From: a virus
IMG/VR virus record: IMGVR_UViG_3300020057_001232
Coordinates: 54,062-118,061 of that record
DNA: 64,000 nt
Direction: 5' to 3' (one strand)
This document shows positions 9,130-18,961 of the stretch, piece after piece. The notes under the pieces are model-generated. The model saw only the letters and a program-made list of their open reading frames with translations, made no database searches and was not told the origin of the DNA. Both the position numbers and the translations under genes were made by a program. How positions within the stretch are numbered: position 1 is the first letter of the stretch; each line of letters begins with the position of its first letter.

Positions 9130-9938
9130 TGGTCAACTCGGTACATAAAAAAGTAATCGTCCATCACTTCCGCTGCGGGATATCCCCGCCACATCGGCGT
9201 GTGACCATATTCGTCATCCGTCAATTGGCTGACTTCGGTGGCGAGATCCCTGAATGTAGCTAGGGGCTTTTCAGTGGTGAATTTTTCTACAGTCTGCCTA
9301 AACGTGTACGTAAACGACCCACCCCGAGCACTACCTAAATCTTGGGAGTTTTCATTTTGCTTAGACGCAGAGAAGATGAAAGCTTGCTTGTAGAGAGTGT
9401 TCGCTTGCTCTTGTAGCGGCTCTTCGATGGTTTCTGCTATGAGAGGGTGCGAACCCGTTTCGGAGTCGGGCTCAGTGACAATTGCGTCACCGTTGCCGTC
9501 AACGAAAGAGCCGGACAGGCAGGAGTCGAGCATGACGATCAAGCGGTCGAAAGGCTCGGTGCGGACTTCAGCGATGGCAGCGATGACTTCCCTGAAGGTA
9601 AACGAGCGGTCGTCCGCCAAAAGGATACCTCTGTTGCCGTGCCCGCTGAAGTAGAAGAGAAAGCTGTCAGCTTCTCTAGCTTCTTGTTTTACAAGATCGA
9701 AGATTTCGCTTGTTGATGCGTTGGCGTCGATGGCGACGTTGAAGTGGTATTCCGGCTTTGAGAAGAGCGTATTCAGCTCTCTGATGTCGGTAGGTACCCC
9801 GGCTAAGCCGTTGGGGGCACCTATGAGGACAGCACGGTTGTTACCACCGCCGTCGTACCCTAAGCCGTTTAAGGACGACGTTGAAGGTGGTTGTCCGCAG
9901 CCTGCTAGAACAAGAACGCTGAGAATAAGCTTTTTCAT
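9126..9938 (-). CDS. caspase-like (peptidase C14) lipoprotein
   Basis: Lipobox LAGC; catalytic dyad motifs YFSGHG and LDSCLSG. Confidence 0.88.
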   Translation of the reverse strand: MKKLILSVLVLAGCGQPPSTSSLNGLGYDGGGNNRAVLIGAPNGLAGVPTDIRELNTLFSKPEYHFNVAIDANASTSEIFDLVKQEAREADSFLFYFSGHGNRGILLADDRSFTFREVIAAIAEVRTEPFDRLIVMLDSCLSGSFVDGNGDAIVTEPDSETGSHPLIAETIEEPLQEQANTLYKQAFIFSASKQNENSQDLGSARGGSFTYTFRQTVEKFTTEKPLATFRDLATEVSQLTDDEYGHTPMWRGYPAAEVMDDYFFMYRVDQ

Positions 9939-9943
9939 ACAGC

Positions 9944-10672
9944 TTAATCTTGGACAAGAGACCCTCCAGGGAAGCACCGCGATTCAGGAAGCATCCACTC
10001 ATCAGCGTAGTCCTTGACGGTGCCTGCCTTGATTCGGGCGTCCAACTCGTACCAATATATTGCCTTCTTCTCACCTACGAAGCACTTGGAAAACGGCTCT
10101 TGCACAAGCCAAGGGATCACCGCTGTCGCATCGACGATAGCCATTATCACTACGTATTCATGGAACTTTTCAGGGGTAAGTGTGAAGGCTATCTTGCCGC
10201 GAGGATCGACAAGAATGGGATCTATTTGTCGCCTAGCGGTCTCTAGTTGAAAGAACCAGCTTGGACCGCCGAACTTTTTACTTTGTGACGTGATTTGTGC
10301 TTTTACAGCTAACTCTTCCTTAAGGGGACCATAGAGAAGGTCTGCCTTGTACGACTTGTAGGCAGGTGGGTAGTAAGTAAAATCAGGCTTACTGCACTTC
10401 GCACCGAGGCTTTTCGAAACACCTTCTTCCCCACGCCCGCCGATATAGCAGTCGTTACCGACCTGTACGGCATCATCTTGTTTGGAGTCGTCGTAGAGAT
10501 CGCCATTGCCCACACGTTCGTTTCCGAAGTTCCGTGCTGCTACGACGCTCTCCGGCGACAGCCGGACGATCCTATCGCTTCTATATATGACCTCGAACTC
10601 GCGCATTTGCCGTGCCGCCATTTGACCGTCTCCAAATAAAAGAAGGATTTCTTGAAGAAGATATGCCAGCAT
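9944..10672 (-). CDS. hypothetical protein (possible PD-(D/E)xK-like nuclease)
   Basis: 'GEE...ADL...LAVK' pattern only weakly suggestive. Confidence 0.55.
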   Translation of the reverse strand: MLAYLLQEILLLFGDGQMAARQMREFEVIYRSDRIVRLSPESVVAARNFGNERVGNGDLYDDSKQDDAVQVGNDCYIGGRGEEGVSKSLGAKCSKPDFTYYPPAYKSYKADLLYGPLKEELAVKAQITSQSKKFGGPSWFFQLETARRQIDPILVDPRGKIAFTLTPEKFHEYVVIMAIVDATAVIPWLVQEPFSKCFVGEKKAIYWYELDARIKAGTVKDYADEWMLPESRCFPGGSLVQD

Positions 10673-10679
10673 CTAAGTT

Positions 10680-10991
10680 TTGTTCAAGGAGAATTTTGCC
10701 GTGGCGGTTCTGGCGTTTAAGCATAAAAAGAAAATGGAGACCTTCGAGATAGACGACGAAGAGCTAGAGAGCCGGTGGGAGGAGTGGGTTGCCAACGGCA
10801 CGAACCCCCACATGAAGGGAATGACGTTTGCCGAATACAACCGTCCGCTCAGAACGAACTTCAAGATTGTAGAGACGATCAAAGATCATTTCATCTACAG
10901 CGACATCGAGTGTCTTTTGCAAAGCGACGACTGTCCCGTGTGGGTCTATGACTACAAAGAAAAAGAAGTCGAAGTGCGGTGGATACCCTGA
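10680..10991 (+). CDS. hypothetical protein
   Basis: Acidic 103-aa ORF between minus-strand genes. Confidence 0.5.
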   Translation: MFKENFAVAVLAFKHKKKMETFEIDDEELESRWEEWVANGTNPHMKGMTFAEYNRPLRTNFKIVETIKDHFIYSDIECLLQSDDCPVWVYDYKEKEVEVRWIP

Positions 10992-10992
10992 C

Positions 10993-13900
10993 TTACTTTC
11001 TTCCGCCCCTAGGTACGAACACGCCTAACACTCTGTTATTGGTCATTACGACATTGTGGGTAGATGAGTTACCTCCAGTGTACTGCCCACCTGAGCGAGA
11101 TCCACCAGCTAAAACCAAGCCTTTTCGTTGTTGCACACGGCGAATTTGAACTCCACCTTTGTACTCGAAGTTGGCTTTATATTTTTCATTCCAAAGGAAG
11201 GTAGCACCAAGAACCATGGCTCTGAAAAGGTCGTCGTGCCCATCCCCTTTTGTAATTTTAGTGCCGACTTCAGATACGGAAAGCATCTGCCAAAGAAGGT
11301 GCATGTAAGGTCTTTTGTAAAGCAACTCTTCGATGGGCTCCGGTCTGTCGTCTACTTCGTCGAGTGGGATCTCCGGGGCTACGGTCTCGAACAAGCCTTG
11401 ATAAAGCTGCGCCCTGAAAGCAATGAAGTCTCTATAGGTAAGACTGTACTGCTGTGCGTCGATACCGAGCTTTCTGATGGCGTCGATCTGCGACTGACTC
11501 TGCCATTGGTCGTAGAGAACCAAGCGGACGTTGACCTTCTCGCAGATCGTAGCGACCATCTTTTGATACATACCGTCGAAGTCAACGACCTCGCCGTGGG
11601 TACGGTCGGGATAAAGAGCCCAAGCACCTGCCACTTGCACAACTTTGAAGTCGTCTTCTTTTAGTTTAAGAAGCGTCAAGGCGTAGCCGCAGTCCGACTT
11701 ACCCATATCAATAGATAGGCAGTAAGGGATCGACTTATCTCTATCAAGCTGTGAGGCATCAAAGAAAGGACCGATGATGCTCTTGTCGATCTTTACGTTC
11801 CAGTAAGGCTCCTCAAGCTTTGCCGACTTGAGAACCAAGTCTTCACTGTCAATAAAAGGATCGTCCGCAAACGGTGGGATAGAGCCATAGTCACGAGCGA
11901 ACGCTTTCGGATCTTTTCTCTTTTCGTTGTCTAAGAAGACGGGATCAATGTCAGGGTTGACCTCCCAACTTGCTTTGTGTGAAGTGACCTTCTTTGGGTC
12001 CGTCTTGCCGGTCTTGATAAGACGCATGATGTAGTCAGACTTCGACATCGTAGACGAAACTGCACAGAGGTAGCCCGTAGGCACGTTGTAGTCACCTTTC
12101 ACAAAGAGCTTGGCTGCTTTGTTACGGATGGTAGCAGCAGACTTTTCGTAGGCGATGTAGGTTTCTTTGGCGTTAGCTCTTTTGGCATCTTCACCACCGC
12201 CGAACCAACCGATTTCGTCGATACAAGAAAAGATACCTGTACGACCACGGGACGTATCTAGGGCAGCTCCTTGGACGTAACCGGAGATGCCTTTGTGAAA
12301 GTAGGAGAACTCCTCCGTCAACCACTTGTAGACCTCAACGCCCTTTTTCTTAGCGTAGAAGTCGAGCAAATCGTGGTACTGCGAAAACCAGTTGGAAGTC
12401 TCTATAGCACGGCAGAACTGCATCCAATTTGATTCTTTAGCCTGCTTCAAAGTGATAGCAATGAAACGCATGTAGAGCTGCTGACCTCGAAGCTGCTCGA
12501 AGTAGCCTGCGGGGTCAGGAAGCTTGAGGTAACGGTGAAGAACGTAGGAGCCAATCATGCCTCCTGCTACAGCCGACTTACCAGAGTTATGGTGTAGGAA
12601 ACCGTCCCCCGTGTAAACGTTCGTGCCTGGAACGTGGATGTCCATCATCTCTTCAATGGGACCGTCCTTGATGACCTTTATCTTTACGGGGAAGTAACCT
12701 TCGTCTATCAACTTCTTCAGCTTTTCAGGGGCGTTTTTGTAGGTGGTCGTCTGAGTCCCCGCAACGGCACCTAACGGAAGTGAGAAGTAGGGACGCCCCT
12801 TTATTCCTTTAGCTTTATCAAGTGTCTTTTTTTTCTGCTCGGAAGCTAAATGTACGTTCTCTTGGAAAATTCGAACAGAATTTGAATTTTTAGTTGAGAT
12901 GTTGAAGGCAACGCCTTTTTCATCGGGATCGTAATTTTTTAAGTAAGTATTAGCTTTTGCAAAACCGTTTAGTCTCATCGTACTACATCTAGTAACGATA
13001 CCTAAATTTAAAAGTAAAATACGAACTTGCTCAGCGAGTGTTTTGGAAACTGTAGTGTAGTAGACCTTTACCTTTTGACGCCCGTTGGGCATCGTCTCAG
13101 CATGGACTCCTCCATCGCCGTCGAAGAGACCTGCAAGAAACTCGCAGACGATTTCTTTAGGGGAGCGAAGGATGAAGTCTGGAACAATCTTGTCGTGGGA
13201 AGTCTCAGGTTTTAGTCCAATCCAATTTAGCCACTCCATTACGGCAACACCATTCAATGTCCAACATTTATAAAATGGGACCGTCGCACATTCCCTGTAC
13301 TCCTCAAGCTTAGGCTCCTCACCGAACACTGCCAGGCAGCACCTTTTGATATCTGCATCAATATCAGGATTGCTAGACACAATCCGTAAGTTGTACTTTC
13401 TGGTGTACTGACCATCAGAGACTAGATATCCAACCAGTCTTGCCAGCTCGGGCGTTACCTCCGTTGGGAAGCAGAAGTCTTTTGCTTGCTGTCCGTGTTC
13501 TAATTTATCTCGGCGAAAAGCCCCCAACTGGAAGCGGCTCTCTGCCCACATGTTTGCGGAATACAGAAGTACAACGTCGCCGACCTTGCAATCTTTCATG
13601 AGCTTGTGCTCAATCTCACAGTCTGTATTAAGTGTCGGCACGATATGGCTTTGCTTGGCACCCGACATGATCCAGTTGTAGTCTGTGGTAAAGCGGAGCG
13701 ATTCCTTCTTGCCGACATATATTTTCTCAGCAACAGTTCCATGTGTTAATTCATCGCCGACCTCTACCTTGTTAAATTCAATAATTCCCCTATTTTTCGT
13801 ATATATTCTAGTATGTTGGGAAACACACCTCATCCCCCACAGAAGATCCACTTCGTCCGGCATATACCAAAAATTGTCGTTGTAGTGATCTAAGCGTGTC

Positions 13901-14220
13901 GTTTTGCACTTTGGGCAGCGACCGTCATCGAGAAGCTGAATGCGGCTTAAAATTTCATCCGACTTTAGATCGGCAGTGAAGTCTTTACTGTAAAATTCCC
14001 AATCTGAGCAGTGCGGGCAAACGTCTCCGAAGAGACGAAGCATACTCTGAAGCTGAATTGGGTATACCGTTTTGGTATCTAGGAAGTCAGAGTCCATACA
14101 CCAACTGACGATATTCTTAGCCCAAGGCAGGTCTCTGTCGTCAAATTCAGTAACGGCACCAGGATCGAAGCCAGCCTTGATGGCGTCTTCGATCATTTTC
14201 GAGGGATTAAAGTCGGTCAT
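10993..14220 (-). CDS. terL: terminase large subunit (intein-containing)
   Basis: Walker A reconstituted as GMR|SGKS; Walker B CIDEIG; RNase H-like nuclease (SIDMG, YDQWQS, HDDL). Confidence 0.88.
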   Translation of the reverse strand: MTDFNPSKMIEDAIKAGFDPGAVTEFDDRDLPWAKNIVSWCMDSDFLDTKTVYPIQLQSMLRLFGDVCPHCSDWEFYSKDFTADLKSDEILSRIQLLDDGRCPKCKTTRLDHYNDNFWYMPDEVDLLWGMRCVSQHTRIYTKNRGIIEFNKVEVGDELTHGTVAEKIYVGKKESLRFTTDYNWIMSGAKQSHIVPTLNTDCEIEHKLMKDCKVGDVVLLYSANMWAESRFQLGAFRRDKLEHGQQAKDFCFPTEVTPELARLVGYLVSDGQYTRKYNLRIVSSNPDIDADIKRCCLAVFGEEPKLEEYRECATVPFYKCWTLNGVAVMEWLNWIGLKPETSHDKIVPDFILRSPKEIVCEFLAGLFDGDGGVHAETMPNGRQKVKVYYTTVSKTLAEQVRILLLNLGIVTRCSTMRLNGFAKANTYLKNYDPDEKGVAFNISTKNSNSVRIFQENVHLASEQKKKTLDKAKGIKGRPYFSLPLGAVAGTQTTTYKNAPEKLKKLIDEGYFPVKIKVIKDGPIEEMMDIHVPGTNVYTGDGFLHHNSGKSAVAGGMIGSYVLHRYLKLPDPAGYFEQLRGQQLYMRFIAITLKQAKESNWMQFCRAIETSNWFSQYHDLLDFYAKKKGVEVYKWLTEEFSYFHKGISGYVQGAALDTSRGRTGIFSCIDEIGWFGGGEDAKRANAKETYIAYEKSAATIRNKAAKLFVKGDYNVPTGYLCAVSSTMSKSDYIMRLIKTGKTDPKKVTSHKASWEVNPDIDPVFLDNEKRKDPKAFARDYGSIPPFADDPFIDSEDLVLKSAKLEEPYWNVKIDKSIIGPFFDASQLDRDKSIPYCLSIDMGKSDCGYALTLLKLKEDDFKVVQVAGAWALYPDRTHGEVVDFDGMYQKMVATICEKVNVRLVLYDQWQSQSQIDAIRKLGIDAQQYSLTYRDFIAFRAQLYQGLFETVAPEIPLDEVDDRPEPIEELLYKRPYMHLLWQMLSVSEVGTKITKGDGHDDLFRAMVLGATFLWNEKYKANFEYKGGVQIRRVQQRKGLVLAGGSRSGGQYTGGNSSTHNVVMTNNRVLGVFVPRGGRK
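12586..13827 (-). mobile_element. intein with LAGLIDADG homing endonuclease, 414 aa
   Basis: Begins CVSQHT, ends GFLHHN followed by Ser; LVGYLVSDG and FLAGLFDGDG motifs. Confidence 0.93.
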
Positions 14221-14432
14221 TTTTTGTCCTTACGACCTAGCCCCATCCTTATTAAGCGTTTTTCTCGTGATTTTTCGAGATCTATGGAGCGCAGACGCCT
14301 TTCTAAATCTTCGATACGTTCTTTAAGCACTTGGATCTCCGCAGAGTGGTCGCAGAGAGGTTCCGCCTTTTCTTCTTGGGTAAGCTCTTTCGAGCCAACC
14401 AACGTCTTTACGAGACGGTCAAAGGTGCTCAC
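14217..14432 (-). CDS. small coiled-coil protein
   Basis: Coupled to SprT-like gene and terL. Confidence 0.6.
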   Translation of the reverse strand: MSTFDRLVKTLVGSKELTQEEKAEPLCDHSAEIQVLKERIEDLERRLRSIDLEKSREKRLIRMGLGRKDKK

Positions 14433-15109
14433 GTAAAAGTTTTCTGTCCTTTCTTGTATAAGGACATCAGGTGTGATTGTGCTTTGGGGTCTCTAGGAAT
14501 TGCAAATTGTGGAATAGGAGTGAAGGCTGGACCCTTAAGAAACCTGCCGTCCGAAGTCTTTATTACCCTAGCTTGATTACTTTTGAGTAATGCCTCTAGC
14601 GCATCCTTTTGCTCGGTGTCAGGGCGTACCATCGTAGCGTAGCCTATTTTACCTTTGTTGTTATAGAGGATGGCGTAGAACTCTTTGTCGGTGGAGTTCT
14701 CGACATAGCTAAAGTCAGACTTTTTCGTTACCCAATTAGAGCCCATCTTCATATTGATACGGCGAGCTTCACGCATGAAGTCTTCATCGTGGGGGTTTTT
14801 GTGCTCGTTCTTTTGCGACGGGTCCAAAGGAACACGTAAGAACTCTTTGTGGTGGATAAGCTCGTGGTCGATGATGCGGGTAAGGGTGTCTACGTCGTTG
14901 ATGATCCTTTTTTGGATCTCAATGACGGACGTGCCTGGCTCTCTCGAACGGTACGTGGTTCGACCTAGCCACTTCGACGAAGGATTGTTGACAATCTTGA
15001 TACGTGGAACGGCAAGGTGGTCTTTTGCAAAGTTCAAACGAAGGCGTTCTTTAACTAGGCGTTCCACTTCAGCCATGTTAGCGGCTTCGACTCTGTAGGC
15101 AAAACGCAT
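14429..15109 (-). CDS. SprT-like zinc metalloprotease
   Basis: HELIH...H...F motif; WLGRT; N-terminal leader MRFAYRVEAA. Confidence 0.8.
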   Translation of the reverse strand: MRFAYRVEAANMAEVERLVKERLRLNFAKDHLAVPRIKIVNNPSSKWLGRTTYRSREPGTSVIEIQKRIINDVDTLTRIIDHELIHHKEFLRVPLDPSQKNEHKNPHDEDFMREARRINMKMGSNWVTKKSDFSYVENSTDKEFYAILYNNKGKIGYATMVRPDTEQKDALEALLKSNQARVIKTSDGRFLKGPAFTPIPQFAIPRDPKAQSHLMSLYKKGQKTFT

Positions 15110-15212
15110 TCGACGCTCTCCAGATAAAATTAAGGTATTTCCAATAGATAATCTTCCGCTTCTTGGGTTTTTTAGTTATGCTCATGGAGACTCTTACCAA
15201 CCGGAGACCAGC

Positions 15213-15914
15213 ATGAAAATAATGATAGGCACACCTGCCTACGGCGGACAGATATTTGCTAGATATGTTAATAGCTTAGTTCGCTCTATCCCCATTCTTG
15301 CAGCTCATAAAATAGAGATTGCTGTGATGACTTTGGAGAACGAAAGCCTGATTACTAGAGGTCGAAACGCTGTAGCTTACGAAGCGATGCAGCGCTCTGA
15401 CATCGACAAGTTGCTTTTCATCGACGCTGACGTAAGCTGGCTAGCTACCGACATTCTGCGGATTGTACAAAGCGACAAGCTCATCATTGGTGGAACTTAT
15501 CCTTTGAAGGCTCTTCCGATCTCAATGAATTTCAACCCTAAGGACGTGGACTCTAGTTTCTTCGATGTGCATAAGAAGACGCCGGAGCTAGTGGCAGAGT
15601 TTGGGGTAAAGCACGGTATTGACGGTGTGGTTGAAGTTCGCCATGTACCAACTGGTTTTATGTGTATTGATACCAGCGTCTTTCACTACTTGAAGACCAA
15701 AGTGCGCTCCTACAAGACGTGGAACGACGACAAGACTGGTCAGATAGACATCCCTGACTTCTTTCAGACCGACGTAAAGCCTGGGGGAAGTTACGAGTCT
15801 GAAGATTGGTTCTTTTGTTCGTTGGCGACCGAAAACGGCATTCCTGTCTACCTCGACACTAAGGTCATGGTGAATCACACTGGTACCTACACCTTCCAGG
15901 TTAAGGAGATTTGA
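15213..15914 (+). CDS. GT-A fold glycosyltransferase-like protein
   Basis: IGTPAYGG, ESLITRGRN, LFIDAD, TGFMCI, SEDWFFC. Confidence 0.8.
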   Translation: MKIMIGTPAYGGQIFARYVNSLVRSIPILAAHKIEIAVMTLENESLITRGRNAVAYEAMQRSDIDKLLFIDADVSWLATDILRIVQSDKLIIGGTYPLKALPISMNFNPKDVDSSFFDVHKKTPELVAEFGVKHGIDGVVEVRHVPTGFMCIDTSVFHYLKTKVRSYKTWNDDKTGQIDIPDFFQTDVKPGGSYESEDWFFCSLATENGIPVYLDTKVMVNHTGTYTFQVKEI

Positions 15915-15915
15915 A

Positions 15916-16527
15916 ATGAAGTTGATTGCCCCACCCTCCATGGATATCCATGTTAAAAAAGTCCTCGACGGTGAATATGAGGTTCCCTACGAGTTTAATC
16001 CACAAGTTATTGTAGACTGCGGCGCTAACGTCGGAGCCTTCGTCTGCTGGGCAAAGTTCACGTACCCTTCTGCTACCATTCATGCCTATGAGCCGATGCC
16101 TGACAACTTCAAGCTACTTGTCAAAAACTGCGCTCGTCTTAAAGATGTTCACCTCTACAACAAAGCGGTTACTCTTTCTGAGATGACCGAGATGTTTGTA
16201 GGCAAACACAACTGCGGCGAAGCTAGCTTTCATGACATAGGGGGGCAAACCCTTGAGAAGGTCAAAGTCACTACGGTCTCTCCTGTAGAGTTGCCTCTTT
16301 GTAACTTCTTGAAGGTAGATACTGAAGGTTGCGAGATAGAGATCTTGACAAGCTACTTAGCTATTCATAAGCCAGCGGTTGTTGCCTTTGAGTTTCATTC
16401 AGCACAAGACCGCAAAGACTTAGATGCTCTTCTTGATGAGCGTTACACACTCTTCGGTGGTGAGATCTACGGCATCGACAGGGGTACTCTGAAGTATGTT
16501 CGCTCTGACACTTTGACTATCGCTTAA
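15916..16527 (+). CDS. FkbM-family methyltransferase
   Basis: VDCGANVG, AYEP, LKVDTEGCE. Confidence 0.9.
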   Translation: MKLIAPPSMDIHVKKVLDGEYEVPYEFNPQVIVDCGANVGAFVCWAKFTYPSATIHAYEPMPDNFKLLVKNCARLKDVHLYNKAVTLSEMTEMFVGKHNCGEASFHDIGGQTLEKVKVTTVSPVELPLCNFLKVDTEGCEIEILTSYLAIHKPAVVAFEFHSAQDRKDLDALLDERYTLFGGEIYGIDRGTLKYVRSDTLTIA

Positions 16528-16529
16528 GC

Positions 16530-16565
16530 AAAAAAAGGAGAGGACTGAGCCTCTCCTTTTCTTTT
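16530..16565. terminator. bidirectional terminator between convergent genes
   Basis: A-tract-GGAGAGG-actgag-CCTCTCC-T-tract. Confidence 0.85.
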
Positions 16566-16580
16566 GTTCCTAAGTAGGAC

Positions 16581-18926
16581 TTAGTATTCCAGGAGGAATT
16601 CTGGGTCGTAAACCATGACGCCAGTGCTGATCGCGCGACCAACAGTGTAGACGATGTAGCCAGCCGCGAAGCCAGTGATGTCGTCTGTGAGAGCGCCTGC
16701 CGTGATGGCACTGACGTACTGCAACTTGCCTGAAGTCATCGTGAGACCGCTGACTTCTGCACCTTGGAGGGTGAAGACCTTACCCGTAGCTGCGTCAGCA
16801 ACGGAGGCATCCGAAACCACGGCTACTTGACGATCCGCAAGAGTCGAGACTTGTGCGTTCGCAAGAGCGATGATGTGGGTAGCGTTGACCGTTACGATCT
16901 GACCTGCGGTGACTGTTCCGCCAGATCCGTTCGTGAGCGTAGACGTAAAGTCGATCTTGCCTTTGGTGACCGAAAGGGCAGCAAGCTTCGCCGTCGTGAC
17001 GTTGCCGTCAGCAATTGCTGCTGTGACAACCGCACTTGTTGCGAGCTTGGCTGCGATGACCGCACCGTCAGCGATGGCTGCCGACGTTACTGCACTTGTT
17101 GCAAGCTTCGCCGCTGTGACGTTGGCATCAGCAATTGCTGCTGTGACAACCGCACTCGTTCCAAGCTTCGACGCAGTGACGTTGCCGTCAGCAATTGCTG
17201 CTGTGACAACCGCACTCGTTGCAAGCTTGACCGCAGTAACGTTGCCGTCAGCAATCTTAGCCGAGGTGACCGAAGAAGTCGTAAGCTTAGCCGCCGTAAC
17301 GTTGTCGTCTGCAATCTTAACCGTTGTGACCGCAGAATCAGCGAGCTTAAGTGTGCCGACAGCGCCGTCATCGATCTTAGCTGAGGTAACGTTACCGTCT
17401 GCAATCTTAGCCGCAGTTACCGAAGAAGTCGCAAGCTTAGCCGCAGTGACGTTGTCGTCAGCAATCTTAGCCGAGGTTACGGCAGAGTCAGCAAGCTTGA
17501 CCGTCGTAACGTTGCCGTCAGCAATCTTAGCCGCAGTTACCGAAGAGGTCGCAAGCTTAGCCGCAGTGACGTTGTCGTCAGCAATCTTAACCGAGGTGAC
17601 CGACGAAGAAGCAAGCTTGACCGCAGTCACGTCGCCATCGTTGATCTTAGCCGAGGTTACGGCAGAGTCTGCAAGCTTCACCGTCGTAACCGACGAGTCC
17701 GCAAGCTTAGCCGTAGTGACGTTGTCGTCAGCAATCTTAGCCGAGGTAACCGCCGAAGTTGCAAGCTTGACCGCAGTCACGTCGCCATCGTTGATCTTAG
17801 CTGAGGTTACGGCAGAGTCTGCAAGCTTCACCGTAGTGACGTTGTCGTCAGCAATCTTAGCCGAGGTAACCGCCGAAGTTGCAAGCTTGATCGCAGTAAC
17901 GTTGTCGTCAGCAATCTTAGCCGAAGTAACCGAAGAGGTCGCAAGCTTGACCGCAGTGACGTTGTCGTCAGCAATCTTAACCGAGGTTACGGCAGAGTCA
18001 GCAAGCTTGACCGTCGTAACGTTGCCGTCAGCAATCTTAGCCGAGGTAACGCCGCTGGCTTTGATAGCAACGTTTCCGCTGCCGTCGATCGTGATACCGA
18101 CTTCGTCAGTACGAACAGCAACACCACCGCTGCGGCGTTCAGCACCACCGAGGGGTGCTACTGCAACGCGGAGCTTGCCGCCGTCGCCAGTTGTGTCAAA
18201 TTCAAGACCAGAGCTACCACCCGAAGAACCTGCTGCGGTAAGACCTGCACCTGTGTCGAGTTCGACAGAGAAGGTGCCAGTCGAGTCAAGAAGACCTGCG
18301 CCTGCCGTAAGAGTACCAGCACCCGAGAACTGAGCGAAGGCAAGCGCCGTCGTGTCTACGGTGATGGGATCATTAGAGGTCAGAACCCAGCCGGAGTCAG
18401 CATAGGTACCTTCTTCAACGAAGGTGAAGAGACCCGCAGAGACTTCGGCAGCAGGAGTGCCGTCGCAGTCTGGGGCACGCTTAAGGATCGCAGGCGTACC
18501 CGCCGAGCCTTTGTCTTGAACGTAATAGATACCGTTGTCAGACGCCGTGCCTTGATCTTTCAAGAGAACGCGGGCAGCGCGTGTCGTAAGCGCGTAGGGG
18601 TCCGTGCTGCCTGCGTCAGCAACAACATCTGTCCAAGCCGAGACACCACCGAGAGCAAGAACGCCGTTAGCGGTTGCCGTCAAGGTTTTGGTTACGCCTG
18701 AGCCCGCCGAAGTAGAGGTGAAGGCAGCGCCGGAAGCCGCTTTCACGCTTTGCTTAGGGTCAAGACCTTGAGCTACGGAGTCAACGTACTCCTTCGTCGC
18801 GGCATGGTTTGGTGCCGTAGGGGTTTGAAGGATTGTGACTACGTTGAAGTCAACAGCCATCGTGTTAGACGGCTGACGCTTTGTCCTGCCGCTTGTATCA
18901 AGCGTCAGTAAATTGAAGTTCGCCAT
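16581..18926 (-). CDS. fibre/decoration-type virion protein with 10-aa repeat shaft
   Basis: 'AATKEYVDSVAQGLDPKQSV', 'RVLLKDQ...NGIY', then long VTxxKI/LAxxx repeats. Confidence 0.8.
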   Translation of the reverse strand: MANFNLLTLDTSGRTKRQPSNTMAVDFNVVTILQTPTAPNHAATKEYVDSVAQGLDPKQSVKAASGAAFTSTSAGSGVTKTLTATANGVLALGGVSAWTDVVADAGSTDPYALTTRAARVLLKDQGTASDNGIYYVQDKGSAGTPAILKRAPDCDGTPAAEVSAGLFTFVEEGTYADSGWVLTSNDPITVDTTALAFAQFSGAGTLTAGAGLLDSTGTFSVELDTGAGLTAAGSSGGSSGLEFDTTGDGGKLRVAVAPLGGAERRSGGVAVRTDEVGITIDGSGNVAIKASGVTSAKIADGNVTTVKLADSAVTSVKIADDNVTAVKLATSSVTSAKIADDNVTAIKLATSAVTSAKIADDNVTTVKLADSAVTSAKINDGDVTAVKLATSAVTSAKIADDNVTTAKLADSSVTTVKLADSAVTSAKINDGDVTAVKLASSSVTSVKIADDNVTAAKLATSSVTAAKIADGNVTTVKLADSAVTSAKIADDNVTAAKLATSSVTAAKIADGNVTSAKIDDGAVGTLKLADSAVTTVKIADDNVTAAKLTTSSVTSAKIADGNVTAVKLATSAVVTAAIADGNVTASKLGTSAVVTAAIADANVTAAKLATSAVTSAAIADGAVIAAKLATSAVVTAAIADGNVTTAKLAALSVTKGKIDFTSTLTNGSGGTVTAGQIVTVNATHIIALANAQVSTLADRQVAVVSDASVADAATGKVFTLQGAEVSGLTMTSGKLQYVSAITAGALTDDITGFAAGYIVYTVGRAISTGVMVYDPEFLLEY
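16975..18055. repeat. degenerate 30-bp (60-bp higher-order) coding tandem repeat
   Basis: Alternating GCAAGCTT../GCAATCTTAGCC.. units encoding VTSAKIADDN / VTAVKLATSS. Confidence 0.9.
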
Positions 18927-18961
18927 TATAGCTCCTAGTTAGAAAAGTTTGATACGTAATC

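Noticed and set aside
16975-18055. Possible CRISPR array
   Set aside because: Contiguous coding repeats without unique spacers; no cas genes.
16909-18333. 474-aa plus-strand ORF
   Set aside because: Antisense shadow of the repeat-rich fibre gene.
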